A DNA stretch of 64,000 nt from Octopus vulgaris (Eukaryota), in contig OX597814.1 in assembly GCA_951406725.2 (NCBI GenBank), positions 105,834,001 through 105,898,000 on the forward strand. The letters run 5' to 3'. Each line of letters opens with the position of its first letter. The first letter of the stretch is position 1. The position numbers and the translations under genes are program-made. This document shows positions 40,933-54,705 of the stretch, piece by piece. The notes beneath the pieces were generated by a model that worked only from the letters and a program-made list of their open reading frames with translations, made no database searches and was not told the origin of the DNA.

Positions 40933-40952
40933 CCCCAATCCACGTACACACA
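40520..40952. repeat. CA-rich degenerate minisatellite
   Basis: Recurrent acaacaccactcca unit separated by (CA)n. Confidence 0.85.
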
Positions 40953-42078
40953 TTCACTCCCATTCAGTCAGAAACTAAAAATCTTGCACAGGTGACGTTA
41001 CTAATAATAATAATAATAATAATAGTGGTCCGAGTTATTCATGTAAAAATATGAGTAGAGATCAAATGAAAGAGAGTGGAACGATATGAAAAGTTGGAAT
41101 AATAAACAGTTTGAATGTGTGTAGTCCAGATGATGGGGTGGGTAGTAGGGGATGCAGGGAAAGGTGGGGGGGTGTTAAATATGGAGGTAATTGACAGCCC
41201 AGGTGATAGAACTTTACTATGTATTGCCAGCCTACATCTTCCTGTCGCTGTATACATATACCTATCGTTTTATATTTTGTGTGTGTGTGTATCTGTATGT
41301 CTATGTATACGTACCAATCGTTATACGCATACATATTTATAAATACAAATAAGTATGTCTACACATTCATATCTATCTACCAATAACGTACATACACACA
41401 CATACACTATATTGCTAGATAAGTATATACTAGGAAATTTGTTTATATATATATATATATATATATGCACATAAACATATGCATATATTTATCTATGTAC
41501 GTGTGTTCAAATATACATACATACATGCTTACATGCGGTAGAGGTAACTCTAGTACAGGTGATGGCTGCCGACGAGCAGAGAGTGTGTGTGGAGATAGAT
41601 AAGGGGATATGGAAGTTTTGGAACCGTGTAAGTTGTACCTGTGTGTGTGTGTGTGTGTATACCTGTGTGTGTGCGCGCACGGGAGGGGCGTGCTGGGTGT
41701 GAGAGAAAGATCTTAATTGATTTTGTGACGTGTAATCGTTTTACCTTTTTGCAGCAGTATGAACTGGCAGATGTTGTGATATCGTTTAGGGAGATGATCA
41801 AGGTGATAATGGTGATGGTGATGCTGATGATAATGGTGATGATGGTGATGGTGGTGGTGGTGGTGGTGGTGACAGGCAAGAAGAAATATATTAAAGAAAA
41901 GAGAGGAAAATGAAAAGAAAACAAATATAAAAGTTTAGCCCCCCCCCCCCCCCAAAAAAAAAAAACCGTGAGGCGGAGGTGAAGTACCGAAAGATAGCTG
42001 ATATGCACTTCAACATATGTTTGTGTATCAGTGTTGACATATCTATTTAGCTGTCTTTCTCTCTCCCCGTATATGTAC

Positions 42079-42149
<71 letters not shown>

Positions 42150-42635
42150 TATTTAAAACAGTACCGAGTGTGTATCTCTCCCCTCTGTGCCTTATAAACC
42201 TAGTGCACCACCACCCTCATTTTGCCATCCGGCAAATGGTTCTGTCGACCTGTCATCTGTTCTTCAAACTCTGGAATACAGAAAGCAGGCATTTTTTTTT
42301 TTGTTTTGTTTATTCATAGTTGGTTTGTGATTGCATTTCAAGATACTGAACTTTAACAACGTTTTACTCACTTTCCAACACCCGTTACCACCATATATAT
42401 GTGTATATGTGTATATATGTGGTAGGTTTTTGTTGAAGTTCCATAGATTTATTAAAATGTACAAGTATCGACATTTCGCGAAATAATAGCAACATCTGCC
42501 AAACATTTACCATTTTCTTCATCTGATTCTTCGCTCTGCTGAAGCAATTTCTGGTGCTTTGGTTCATCCATATGGCATCTGTTATACGTACATTTTTTTC
42601 TCCGTAATATCTCCAATCGTGTGTGTGTGTGTGTT

Positions 42636-42714
<79 letters not shown>

Positions 42715-42749
42715 GGTCTGTTGAAATACATATCTATGAATATATGTTG

Positions 42750-43002
<253 letters not shown>

Positions 43003-43014
43003 ATATATATATAT

Positions 43015-43047
<33 letters not shown>

Positions 43048-43119
43048 TACATACATACATATACTTATATATACATACATGCATACATATACTTATATAC
43101 GCATATATACACATTCATT

Positions 43120-43165
<46 letters not shown>

Positions 43166-43934
43166 TAGATAGATAGATAGATAGATAGAGAAAGGGGGAG
43201 GGAGAGAAAGAGAGAAAAGTATTTCAACAATCCGTTACGAAGATACGACAATGAAGTTGAAAAGAGGAAAACATTTTGCAAAGGCAAGAAAATCTATCAA
43301 CAATTTAAGGTGAGCTTCATAGAGAACCAGAATAGACATGGCGTTTTTTTTCTTCTCACCACACACACACACATACACACACTCATACACACGCACGCAC
43401 ACAAACACATCTGTGTTTTACTGTTTGAAACACTGAAGAAGTCCTAATGAAAAGAAATCTAGAAAGAACAATGAGTAAGATGTGGAGATGAAGACAGGAG
43501 TATTTGAAGATGGGGGAATAGGGCGAAGGGGGCAAAGGAAAGTAGAAGGTAAAGAAAATTGGGAGGCAAAGAGCGAGTAAATACAATGGTGGAGCGAAAA
43601 GAAGAATTTGGTAAGCAAAAAAAATGTTCTTCCTGCTTTCAAAACCGAGATGGTTTTGTGTGAAAGAAGGGAGAAAGAAGAAGACAGAAACGAACCAAAT
43701 AGAGGAAGAGAGAGAGAGAGAGAGAGTAGGAGATAAAGAATGGGGGGAAAGTGTTGTCGTTGGATTCTACTGTCAGCGTATGTATGTGTTTATATATGTG
43801 TGTGTGTCTGTTTTAACAATGTTGGTGTATGTGTGTGCGCGTGTCTTCAACTCGTTGCTTCTTGTAGATTCTAGACTGTTAGTGATAAATCTATGACACA
43901 CACACACACACAAATCTATCCAAATACTCACTTA

Positions 43935-44790
43935 TATTGGATCGAGGAATAATTCGCGAGCTTTTTTCTTTTTTCAAATTTAAAAATGGACGCAGAAATA
44001 AAACGCATCGGCAAAATGTTTTGTTGTTTGAAAGAGAATGTTTTGCTCTACTGGACAATGTATTTTGATTTTTCTAGTTTCATTGATTTTTGTGTATTTT
44101 CAGATTATTAAAATGGAATGTCGAGTGGACAAAACTGAGCATTTTCGACACCATTTGCTTTTTGCATTTAATCGAAGCTGCTTGTGAGATTTGTGTTGTG
44201 TATGGAGAAGCAGCAATGCCTCAAAATACCACCACCCGTTGGTTTTTTGCGCTTCAAAAAATGGGAATTTTGACCTCAAGGACGGATTAAACATCGGTCG
44301 ACCAACTGAGTTCGATGAGGGCCGATTGAATCAACTTCTTTGCGATAATCCACGTCAAACGATCAGAGAAATGGCGGTACAGATGGATTGTGATAAAAAA
44401 AAAAAACTATGTTGAATCACCTTCACTCAATGGGCAAGGTTCATCGAGCTCAAATCGTCGAGCGGTGTTTGATCCGCTCCTGAGGTGGGCGCTACTTTGA
44501 AGCATTGCCCCTTCTCTATACACAGTACAAATCTCGCGAGCAGCTTCGACGGGCTTAACACATCGGTTAGATGCAAAAAGCAAATGGTGTCGAAAATCCT
44601 CAGTTTTGTCCACTTGCCATTCCATTTTAATAATCTGAAAATACACAAAAATCAGTAAAATTTAAAAATCAAAACACACTTTTAGAGCAAAAAATTCTCT
44701 TTCAAATAACATAAAACATTTTGTCAAATCATTTTATTTCTGCGTCCATTTTTAAATTTGAAAAAAAAAAACGCTCATGAATATTTAACA
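43935..44790. mobile_element. Foldback mariner derivative: two inverted 5' halves with a degenerate transposase N-terminus
   Basis: Left arm encodes, with frameshifts, MECRVDKTEHFRHHLLFAFNR..EICVVYGE..NGNFDLKD..GRPTEFDE..NPRQTIREMA. Right arm (minus) encodes MEWQVDKTEDFRHHLLFASNR..AAREICTVY. Arms are inverted over more than 250 bp. Left end begins TA|TATTGG. Confidence 0.85.
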
Positions 44791-44858
44791 GAGCCGAGTC
44801 CGATTCGGGTTTAAATAAGGGGTCTCTGTTTCAATGCTCCTCTCTCTCTCTCTCTCAT

Positions 44859-44912
<54 letters not shown>

Positions 44913-44913
44913 A

Positions 44914-45066
44914 GAGGCGCAGTTGTAGTTGTATGTTAAAAAGTTTGTTTTCCAACTTCATGGTTCCGGGTTCAGTTCCACCGCGTGGCACTTTGGGTGA
45001 GTGTTTTCTTCTATAGCCTCAGGCTGGTAAAAGCCTTGTGAATGGACTTGGTAGGCGGAAACGGAA
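44914..45066 (+). mobile_element. SINE family B head
   Basis: catggttccgggttcagttccaccgcgtggcactttggg ... ggtaggcggaaac. Confidence 0.7.
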
Positions 45067-45067
45067 A

Positions 45068-45409
45068 ATCGACCCCAGTGCGTAACTGTTACTTAATTTA
45101 TCGACCCCGAAAGGATGAAAGGCAAAGTCGACCTCGGCGGAATTTGAACTCAGAACGTAGCAGCAGACGAAATACCTATTTCTTTACTACCCACAAGGGG
45201 CTAAACACGGAGGGGACAAACAAGGACAGACAAACGGATTAAGTCGATTATATCGACCCCAGTGTGTAACTGGTACTTAATTTATCGACCCCGAAAGGAT
45301 GAAAGGCAAAGTCGACCTCGGCGGAATTTGATCTCAGAACGTAACGGCAGACGAAATATGGCTACGCATTTCGCCCGGCGTGCTAACGCTTCTGCCAGTT
45401 CGCCGCCTT
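45068..45409 (-). mobile_element. Dimeric SINE family A
   Basis: Two cores with the same junction (cagacgaaatacctatttc on +). Confidence 0.85.
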
Positions 45410-46156
45410 AAACATTTAAAATGTTGTGTATATTATTTATTTAAAACCCAGTCTTCCAAGTTAAAGCTTCTTTTCTCCGTTGAGCGGCAGATCTTCGGAA
45501 ATATTCTAACTTATTTCGAGCAGGGAAACATGTTATCATAAAACACAAGATATTCTTTTCGGTATTCTTTATCGCCTGCTCAATAAGGAAGGAATTTCGG
45601 TAGTAATGGAGGCCCTATATCCGCTACGTTTTCTGATACTTGATGGCGGAGAAACATCTTCAAGTATATGATCCGACAATCCTAAGTTGACTGTCTACCT
45701 CTCTGATATTACTGTGTCTGCTTTTAGTTTTATACAAAAATGAAAAGTGCTCGATGCATTAGCAATGTGTAGAGTCTCTGGCAATGGCGGATTAGTCTGA
45801 CGAATTATTTCTTCTTAACGACACGTTTAATGAGCTTAACATCTGAGAACCGTACAAAAATTTGGGCAGGAGGAAGTAATCCAGTTTATCAACACACTGT
45901 GAGACTTGTGTGTGTGTGTGTTTTCCCAGTTTGACACAGAACTTTATTACATACCTGAATGCATTCTGCAAACTAGTCAACTGTGACAAGCAGTGTTTAG
46001 CAGGGTGTCTCCAAAGTGTTGTTACAGCTGTCTCCTTTAATTTGAAATGACAAAAGGTGACCGGGCATTAGATGTGTAGTAATGATGTCTCAAAACATGT
46101 GGAATACACCTCGTATGTCCATGTGCGTGTGTATATATGTGCATAATTGTGTATGT

Positions 46157-46204
<48 letters not shown>

Positions 46205-46234
46205 GTATATATATATATGTACATATATATGTAC

Positions 46235-46301
<67 letters not shown>

Positions 46302-46713
46302 TCACACATACACACACAGTGCTAGTTGTTCTAGTTGTTGAATGGGAGAAAATTGGAATAGCTATAAAAAATGCAATGAATAAATAAGATTTTCAATCGA
46401 ATTAGGTTCAATTTCAGCTGTTCGATTTTGTGCTGAATCTACAATAAAATATAAATATAATTAATGTTGTTATCGCAAATGATTTGTTTGCTGTATCAAT
46501 CGATAATCCTTAATCTTTATGAGTTTATTCTCCTCCCTTCCAATCCTTTCTCACGTTCATCATTCGCAGTATCTTTTTCCTCCCCTTTTTTTCTTTTCCT
46601 TCAGAAACTTAAACAATATCGATAATTTGGTAAATATTCAAAAACTGTCGCAACATAAGAGATACTTGTGTTTACTTAAAATGTGTGTGTGTCTGTGTAT
46701 TTGTGTGTGTGTG

Positions 46714-46764
<51 letters not shown>

Positions 46765-46934
46765 GGAGAGAGAGAAAGAGAGAGTGCATTTCTAAATATA
46801 TAGAAATATATTTATGTGTGTATATATGTTTAGAAAAGTTGTATTTTGGTAAAAATATTTCGTTATTTTTAAATAATCGAAATAAGCAATCGTGTGTGTG
46901 TATGTTTCTAACGAGAAATATATGAAGATATATT

Positions 46935-47008
<74 letters not shown>

Positions 47009-47235
47009 GAAGATATATATATCTGAACCGATTTGGCTTTTGTCCTTCTGAATCTTCAGCAGCAAAAATCAATAATTGAAAGTGGGCAACAAAATTTTAT
47101 ACTGTATTCGTATTAACGTCTATTGTTCCATGCTTGCATGGGTTAGGCAGTTTGTGTCAAGGCAGATTTTCTACAACCGGATGCCCTTTCTGTCACCACT
47201 TATCACCTGTTTCCAAATAATATTTCTCCATTGGA

Positions 47236-47432
47236 AGGCAGCAAGCTGGTCGTCAGCATGCCGGGCGAAATGCTTAGCGGTATTTCGTTCGTCTTTACGT
47301 TGACTTGTGCCGAGGTCGACTTTGCCTTTCAATAAAGTCGATAATTTTAGTACCAGTTGCATACTGCGTCGATCTAACTGACTGGCCCCCTCCCCCAAAA
47401 ATTTCGGGCCTTGTGCTCAGAGTTGAAAAGAA
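47236..47432 (+). mobile_element. SINE family A with internal deletions
   Basis: gccgggcgaaatgcttagcggtatttcg ... ggccttgtgctcagagttgaaaagaatatt. Confidence 0.8.
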
Positions 47433-47529
47433 TATTTCTCCATTAGCAAACATGTTTTCGCAGAACTCTGACAGTGAAGGACATTTATTTACAGCAATCA
47501 CCCCAGGTCAAGACAAGGACACACATGCG

Positions 47530-47561
<32 letters not shown>

Positions 47562-47586
47562 TTCACACACACACACACACACACAC

Positions 47587-47710
47587 AAGACGGGCGTATT
47601 TCAGTTTATACGTACCGAATCCAGTCGCAAAGCTTTAGTCAAGCCGGCTGTGGTTGAAGAAATCTTCCCAAGGTGCCACGTAATGGGGCTAAACACGAAA
47701 GCATGCCATG
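47587..47710 (-). mobile_element. SINE family B fragment
   Basis: gacgggcgtatttcagttt ... cccaaggtgccacg. Confidence 0.6.
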
Positions 47711-48158
47711 TGACGGCTTATTTTCGCAGTATATTTTTTACCACCTTCAGTAATATCAGGAAATATGCCATGCAGATAATAATTATCAACTTTTATCAAA
47801 TTTCTTGATTCTTATTCAACATTATGAAACTAATTTTAAAAATAATAATATTAATTACATTAAAATATAATTGAAACAGAATTCTTATTTGTGTAATTTA
47901 TTCCTTCTGCCCCCTCAGTCTCTGATTTTTTTTCTCTTCGTTCATCTACCTCTGAATCTAATAGTCTCTCTCTCTCTCTCTTTCTCCCTCTCTATCTCCC
48001 TCTTTCTCTCTCTCTCTCTCTTTCTCTTTATGTATCAGTCTTCTGGTTTCCCCTTCTCTCTATACAATGTAAAGCTTGAAAGCGTTATGGGAAAAACCAG
48101 TTAACCAGCCAACCAACCAATCTGCCTTTATATCGGCTGTTATTAAACTGAGATGAGA

Positions 48159-48330
48159 CGGCGAGGTGACAGACATGTTAGAACGCCGATCCGTCTTCCC
48201 GGCGCGAGTTCAATTTCTGCTCGGCTCGACTTTGCCCTTCATCCAGTTGCGATCAATAAAATAAATACCCGTTGAGCACGGTCATCGATTAACTCCCCTT
48301 CCCCAAAATTTCAGACCTTCTACCTTGATA
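48159..48330 (+). mobile_element. SINE family A, old copy
   Basis: tcgactttgcccttcatcc ... cccaaaatttcagacctt. Confidence 0.6.
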
Positions 48331-48676
48331 GGATTACTAAATAGAAATTACTAATATAATCCAAAATTATTTGCAAGCTTTAGATTAGCCACACTCAGAC
48401 GTCGTTCCTTTTATCGTCTCAATTTTCTGGTCTTAGAGGAATGTTCTGTTATCTTGGATCTAAAGAATTTTACTGAGATATTGAGATCTAGGCCATAATT
48501 AAGACAATCTCATGTTATGGCCTCACATCGAGTGTTTAAAAGCTTTCAGGGATGGCTTTCTTTTTCTTCCTCTCTACTTAAACATACACTAGTTAGATGT
48601 TTGTACTGATTACATGTGTTTGTGTGCGGGTGGAGGGGTATGCGTGCGTTGGTGAGTGGGTGTGTATAATTGTATT

Positions 48677-48729
<53 letters not shown>

Positions 48730-48731
<2 letters not shown>

Positions 48732-48908
48732 GGCGGCGAGCTGGCAGAATCGTTAGCATACAGGGCAAAATGCTTAGCGGCACTTCGTTCTGCGTTCAGA
48801 TTCCGCCAAGGTCGACTTTGCCTTTCATCCTTTCGGCGTCGATAAATCAAGTACCAGTGAAACACTGGCGTCGATGATTTCAGTCCTTATGCCTATGGTA
48901 GAAAGGAC
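48730..48908 (+). mobile_element. SINE family A embedded in (ATT)n
   Basis: aggcggcgagctggcagaatcgttagc head plus core, (TTA)n on both sides. Confidence 0.82.
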
Positions 48909-48968
<60 letters not shown>

Positions 48969-49123
48969 CATTATTATTATTATCGCCTGGCTGAAATTCA
49001 CACCATGATTCTCATCGACATACAGGAGTTATCTCCCTTGGATACTTGCATAAACTATAGTATTTACTAACACCTAATAATAATAATAATAATAACAATA
49101 ATCCTAATAATTGTGTTAAATTG

Positions 49124-49395
49124 TAGAGGTGCGTGGCTAAGTGGTTAGGGTGTTCGGATCACCGTGAGTTCGATTATCGGTGGGGTGTTGTGTCCTTGAG
49201 CAAGGCGCTTTATTTCTCATTGTTCAAGTCCACTCAGCCTTGTCAGATTCCGTGTCAAACTGAATCTCTTTGAAAACTACATTAAGGAAGCATGTGTGCG
49301 GTGCACTCAACCACTTGCATATTAATTTCACGAGCAGGCTGTTCCGTTGGTTGGATCAGTTGGAACATTCTCCGTCGTCGTAACCGAATGAGATC
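49124..49395 (+). mobile_element. SINE, head D plus tail D, internally deleted
   Basis: gtggctaagtggttaggg A-box, gagttcgatt B-box, tail D. Confidence 0.78.
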
Positions 49396-50069
49396 CATGG
49401 CATTTAGCTCAGGTCTGGTTATTTAAGATATTGAAAACCATCGAAAATAGTCGATGCCGCCTCATCATTATTCCAGAATACACAAACTGAAGACAAACTA
49501 TCTGGTAATGTCCCCGATTCAGGGGCAAAACTTTCTTTCTTCCTCTCACGCACACACAAATTATTTTGACCCATTCTTCATCCAACAGCAGCGGTTGGAG
49601 TTAACTATGTTCTCTATTAAAATTGACATCATTGCTGTTAGAGTAGGACATGGTTGTTTTTTGAAGGTTACGTTCAACGGGGAAGGTCATCTTCAATGTT
49701 GATAGTGAGTTCCTTTGATCTTCTTTCATTATCTCCAGTTAACAGAATGACATTTTCGGTTTCAGTACATGCGAAATCTCAGATTAAAAAATAGAAAACA
49801 GCGATTAAGAATATGTAATGTTAATGTGTTTTCCAAGGATATTCATAGATGAAATTGAGAAGGGTTCCATCTGGTTTGTGGGACGGGAGGGGGTTGCTCG
49901 GCATAAAGTCACAGAGTTGACTCATCTTGGAGAGTTACCTCCCATCCCCCACAACCACCACCCGCTTTTTCACTATTTGCCGAGAGAAGATAACAGAGAT
50001 CCCATATATGAGATATATTTGATAATATCAGGAGAGGCTTCTTGTGAGGGGAGTAAGGGGAGGAAAATA

Positions 50070-50096
50070 GAGACAGACAGATAGATAGATTGATAG

Positions 50097-50140
<44 letters not shown>

Positions 50141-50377
50141 GATGAGAGAGAGAGGTACATAGATAGATAGATGATAAGAGATAGATACATAGAGAGAGAG
50201 ATATACATAGATAGATAGATGATAAGAGAGAGAGAGATAGATGATGAGAGAGAGGGAGAGAGAGAGAAAGATAGAGAGATAGATGATGAGAGATTGATAG
50301 ATAGATAAATAGATAGATGGATGGATAGATAGATATACAGATAGATAGATAAAAAGAGGATAGAGAGAGAGAGAGAC
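50070..50377. repeat. (GATA)n/(GA)n compound microsatellite
   Basis: Directly visible. Confidence 0.9.
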
Positions 50378-50483
50378 TGTAATCAACAGGAAGTTTATTT
50401 TTGAGCACCATTTCGTTGCTATGTACCCTGTAGAGTCAGCCTTTAAGAATATCAACTATTAAGCATTACTTTTATTAATATGC

Positions 50484-50540
<57 letters not shown>

Positions 50541-51645
50541 TGCAGCAGCTGCAACAGGAGGATGACAAACGAATTAAGAATATGACCAGAAACATTGGGA
50601 AGGTATTCATCTAATTAGCGAAGAGAATTTATATTTCGCTGGAATGTTCTCGTAAATATAAAACAGATCGATATTGTTTTATAGCTGTAGGCATTCGCTT
50701 TCGTATCACCGGTCGTTGTTGTTCTTGTTGTCGTTGTTGTTGCACTCTAACGTACACTTACTAGACACACAGACATACAGGGCCGTGCACTGCCGAAGAC
50801 ATACAGACCTATATTTGCCTGTGAGACGGTGGAAGAGGTGGATGTGTTGTGACCTTTGCTCAAAATGGTGGTATTTCAACAGTTTGTTGATGAACTGCGG
50901 CGCTGGTATTTCACGAGACAAATATTGGAGTCCAGTGAAAGAAGCAACTCAACGCGAGATAAATAATAGACGATTCCTGATGAGCGAAGAGAAAAAGAAA
51001 AACCTGTCCATCGAGGGGAATAATAAATCTAATTGAAGCGATTGGTCTGTTATTAACTCTGATGAAGTTGTTCAACTTAAAAGAGAATTGATAACAATAT
51101 ATCTTATTTATTTTCCTCTAAGGAACTAGATTAATTTTCGGAAATTAATTCATAATGTATTGAAATTATCTCCCCTTTGTTTTGAGTTTCTTTCTAACAT
51201 TTACTGCTTGGTTCTTGTTTATTTTCTCTAATTAACCTCATTCACTTCATCAACGCTAATTAATATCTAAATTCAAGTCATTCGCCCACTTAAATTATGT
51301 CCCTTAATCTCTTTTATGCATATAACGTCATTTGTTGGTGTAGATTGGAAATTAGGGACCTTGCCGGATTAAATGTGAGGTGTATTATCTTACGTTCCTT
51401 TGTGATTTACTGTAAATAACACATTGTTTCACTTTGACTTCTAAACAAACTCTGTGTAGTTGATCGATCTGCTACAAACAGCGGCAAGTCGAATAACGGC
51501 ACAAAGATGTTCAAAGATGTTCTTTTGATACGCTTATGTGCCATGTCCCTCACCTTTATAACATAAATTGTCTCAAATAGCAGCGGCACTACTGATTGAG
51601 TGCAATCAGTTACAGAATAATGTTATATCATCGTTATTGGTCAGT

Positions 51646-52017
51646 GTGGAGGTGCAATGGCCCACTGGTTAGGGCAGCATACTCGCGGTCGTAGCATCGC
51701 GGTTTCGATTCCCAGACCAGGCGTTGTGAGTGTTTATTGAGCGAAAACACCTAAAGGTCCACGATGCTCCGGCAGTGGGTAGTGGCAAACCCTGTTGTAC
51801 TCTTTCACCACAACTTTCTCTCACTCTTTCTTCCTGTGTGTGTGGTACCTATATTTCGAAGAGGGACAGCCTTGTCACGCTCTTTGTCACGCTGAATCTC
51901 CCCGAGAATTACATTAAGGGTACACGTGTCTGTGGAGTGCTCAGTCCATTGCACGTTAATTTCACAAGCTGGCTGTTCCGTTTGATCGGATCAACTGGAA
52001 CCCTCGACGGAGTGCCA
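51646..52017 (+). mobile_element. tRNA-derived SINE, head C plus tail D
   Basis: tggcccactggttagg ... ggtttcgattccc head, tail ...gctgttccgtttgatcggatcaactggaaccctcgacggagtgcca. Confidence 0.85.
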
Positions 52018-52692
52018 CGATTGATTGGTTTGTTCTAAGTTTGACTATAACTTCCGTTTCTACACATTTGATTAATGCTAGTGTTAGTAATAATAATTAA
52101 TCTAATAATACTCTCTCGATCCGAGAAAGAAACCTCTGTAATGAACGAGCTGCACCAATCATTTGTTTATAGCGATCAAATGTTCATGCTGTACATTATC
52201 TCGGTCTGAGCGACGTTTCCTAAACGGGTGCACGGTGTGCCACACGTCAGGTGCTGAAGTGATCGTAGAGAAACGTGAAATAAAGATGTTTTGCTCAAAA
52301 ACTGAACCCGCAATCTCCTGACCGTCAGTGCAACACGCTAACCACTAGGCCACTTGCCTTCCAGTAATACACGAAAGGTTTAACTAAACAAATAGTTCCG
52401 ATTCAAAGACTAATCTCATGTCGAACGCTTTTACAGCATGCAATGTTACCCAAGTGGAATTTATTTAAGGCAATCACCATTCTTTGGATTACGTTACTTA
52501 ATCAGAGTCTTCATAGAACAGATGTGGACTTAATCTTCCATACTTAAACAATCTGGAATAAAAACAAATTAAAATACCTGTAATATATTACGACCAATTA
52601 CATTGCCCTGCTTTTCGCTTCATTTGTGTATTGTAATATAGTACCATTTTCATATATTTATCGGTCTCTTATTTTTGTATTTTTTTCTCCAG

Positions 52693-52947
52693 GTTTATCT
52701 TTACATGAATTGCTTACCTGAAGACAAAGTACCTTACATCAATAGCTTAGGGGAAAAATACCGCATCCGGCAGCTTCTTCAGCAGTTACCTCCCCACGAT
52801 AACCAGATACGTTACTGTAATAGTTTAACAGAAGAAGAGAAAAGAGAATTACATGTGTTTAGTTCGCGACGGAAACGAGAAGCGCTGGGGCGCGGAAGTG
52901 TTCGTCAACTACCTGTAGCACTCGACCAAAATATTACCTGTCCAAAT
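52693..52947 (+). CDS. pk: Prickle-family gene, internal exon encoding most of the PET domain and the start of LIM1
   Basis: Polypyrimidine tract plus AG (ttttttctccag) before 52693 and GTGAGT donor at 52948. 255 nt, phase 0/0. Translation [85 protein letters not shown] has the Prickle PET motifs (KVPYVNSxGEK, QLLxQLPPHDN, RKRExLGRG). Confidence 0.95.
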
Positions 52948-54161
52948 GTGAGTATATTGATACATCTTTATTATATATATTTATACAATTTTTATATTGA
53001 TATATTTTTTATACCTATATATACTTTTTTTCTGCCAATACTAATCGTTTATTTATATACGATTAAAACGTCAAAACGGAAACTCGATGAGAAAAAGACG
53101 GCAGAGAAAGTTGATGGCTGTAAGTTCCCTTAGGCAAGATATCCCATTAAAGTGCTGTTTCTATACCTTGTTGTCAGCTTGGCTAAGAATAGACAACTTT
53201 CTGTATTTGACTTGAAGCTTCAAGAATAGTCCCAGATGTGAAATTCAGTTGTTTAAGATGAGAATGTTCAGCCGAGGAATTACGTCATCTCCAAGAAGGA
53301 GAAAAGCACCAAATGATTCATTTTTATTTTTATTTTCTCGAAAATTTCTTTCGTGGTTCACCTTAGAGTTAAGTCCTAAAAATAAAAGGAAATCACATTA
53401 TCATTTTTTTTCCACTAAGAAAATACGGGTGGTTCCATTTATTTGTAGGACAGATGAAATACGTGGACTCAACGTGATTGCTAAATGTTTATACAAGATT
53501 TACTTTGTACAATGATTCAGTTATGATAATTCTGTGCGGTGTATATTTGTAATTGTTTGTTATTTCGATATGATTCACTCCTTTTCAAAGAGACGCCCGT
53601 GAAAAAACATGGAGGCCATATCTAGAGGTGTGCAGTCATTGTATTTTGACTCGTCATGTCCATAAAGAAATGATGAAAGTGTTAGATGAGACCGTTAAGT
53701 GGACGCTCCTTTCTTGGCCCCTTCGCCTAACTGATTCAGAGAGAGAAAGAATATTAAGGTTTTCTGTGGAGTGACTTATTGTTTTACATCACAAAAGAAA
53801 TTCTTTGATCCGTTTCTAAACACATTAAAAGAATCATAAATAAAGACACCAGAGAAAAACTGGAGCAGTGATGAGGAAACTGTGACTTAGGTGTCAGCAG
53901 TGACTCGCCACCGATGTTTAGGCGTCACGTGATTAACTTTGAATTAAAGCCTTCCTGTTGTATTGTGTTCTAAAATGTTCGGTTATAATCATTTACCGGG
54001 AATAAAACTATGTGCACGTGGCATTCATGTAAATTAAGTCAATTAATCTTTGGCTTAAAAACATTGACCATGACTTATATGGAACAAATAAACTGAATTC
54101 GTATTTAAGTAGACTAAACAAAAAAATCAGTTTTCGTTTCACTTTATACATTGTTCAATGT

Positions 54162-54705
54162 AAGGTGGCAGCAAGCTGACTGAATGGTTAGCACGCCGGG
54201 AAAATGCTTAGCGGTATTTCATCTGCCTTTCATCCTTTCGGGGTCGATAAATTAAGTACCAGTTACGCACTGGGGTCGATGTAATCAACTTAATACCTAT
54301 GTCTGTCCTTGTTTGTCCCCTCTGTGTTTAGCCCCTTGTGGGTAGTAAAGAAATAGGTATTTCGTCTGTTTTTACGTTCTGAGTTCATATTCCGCCGAGG
54401 TCGACTTTGTTTTTCATCCTTTTGGGGTCGATTAAATAACGTACCAGTTACGCACTGGGGTCTATATAATCGACTTAATCCGTTTGTCTGTCCTTGTTTG
54501 TTCCCTCTGTGTTTAGCCCCTTGTGGGTAGTAAAGGAATAGGTATTTCGTCTCTCTTTACGTTCGGAGTTCAAATACCATTGAGATCGTCTTTGTCTTTC
54601 ATCCTTTCGGGGTCGATGAAATAAGTACCAGTTGAGTACCGGGGTTGATGGAATCAATTTACCCTTCCCCCTAAGTTGCTGGCTCTGTGCCAAAACTTGA
54701 AACTA
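54162..54705 (+). mobile_element. Trimeric SINE family A
   Basis: One head followed by three cores, with about 185-bp internal period and junction GAAATAG|GTATTTCGTC. Confidence 0.85.

Noticed and set aside
50674-51036. 120-aa ORF in a non-repetitive island upstream of the PET exon
   Set aside because: No Prickle similarity and no convincing splice sites.
51056-51088. CTGATGA-AGTTG-TT-CAACT hairpin
   Set aside because: Followed by TAAA rather than GAAA and lacks stem III and a cleavage triplet.
54162-54705. Regularly spaced repeats superficially like a CRISPR array
   Set aside because: The spacers are near-identical SINE segments, the context is eukaryotic and there are no cas genes.
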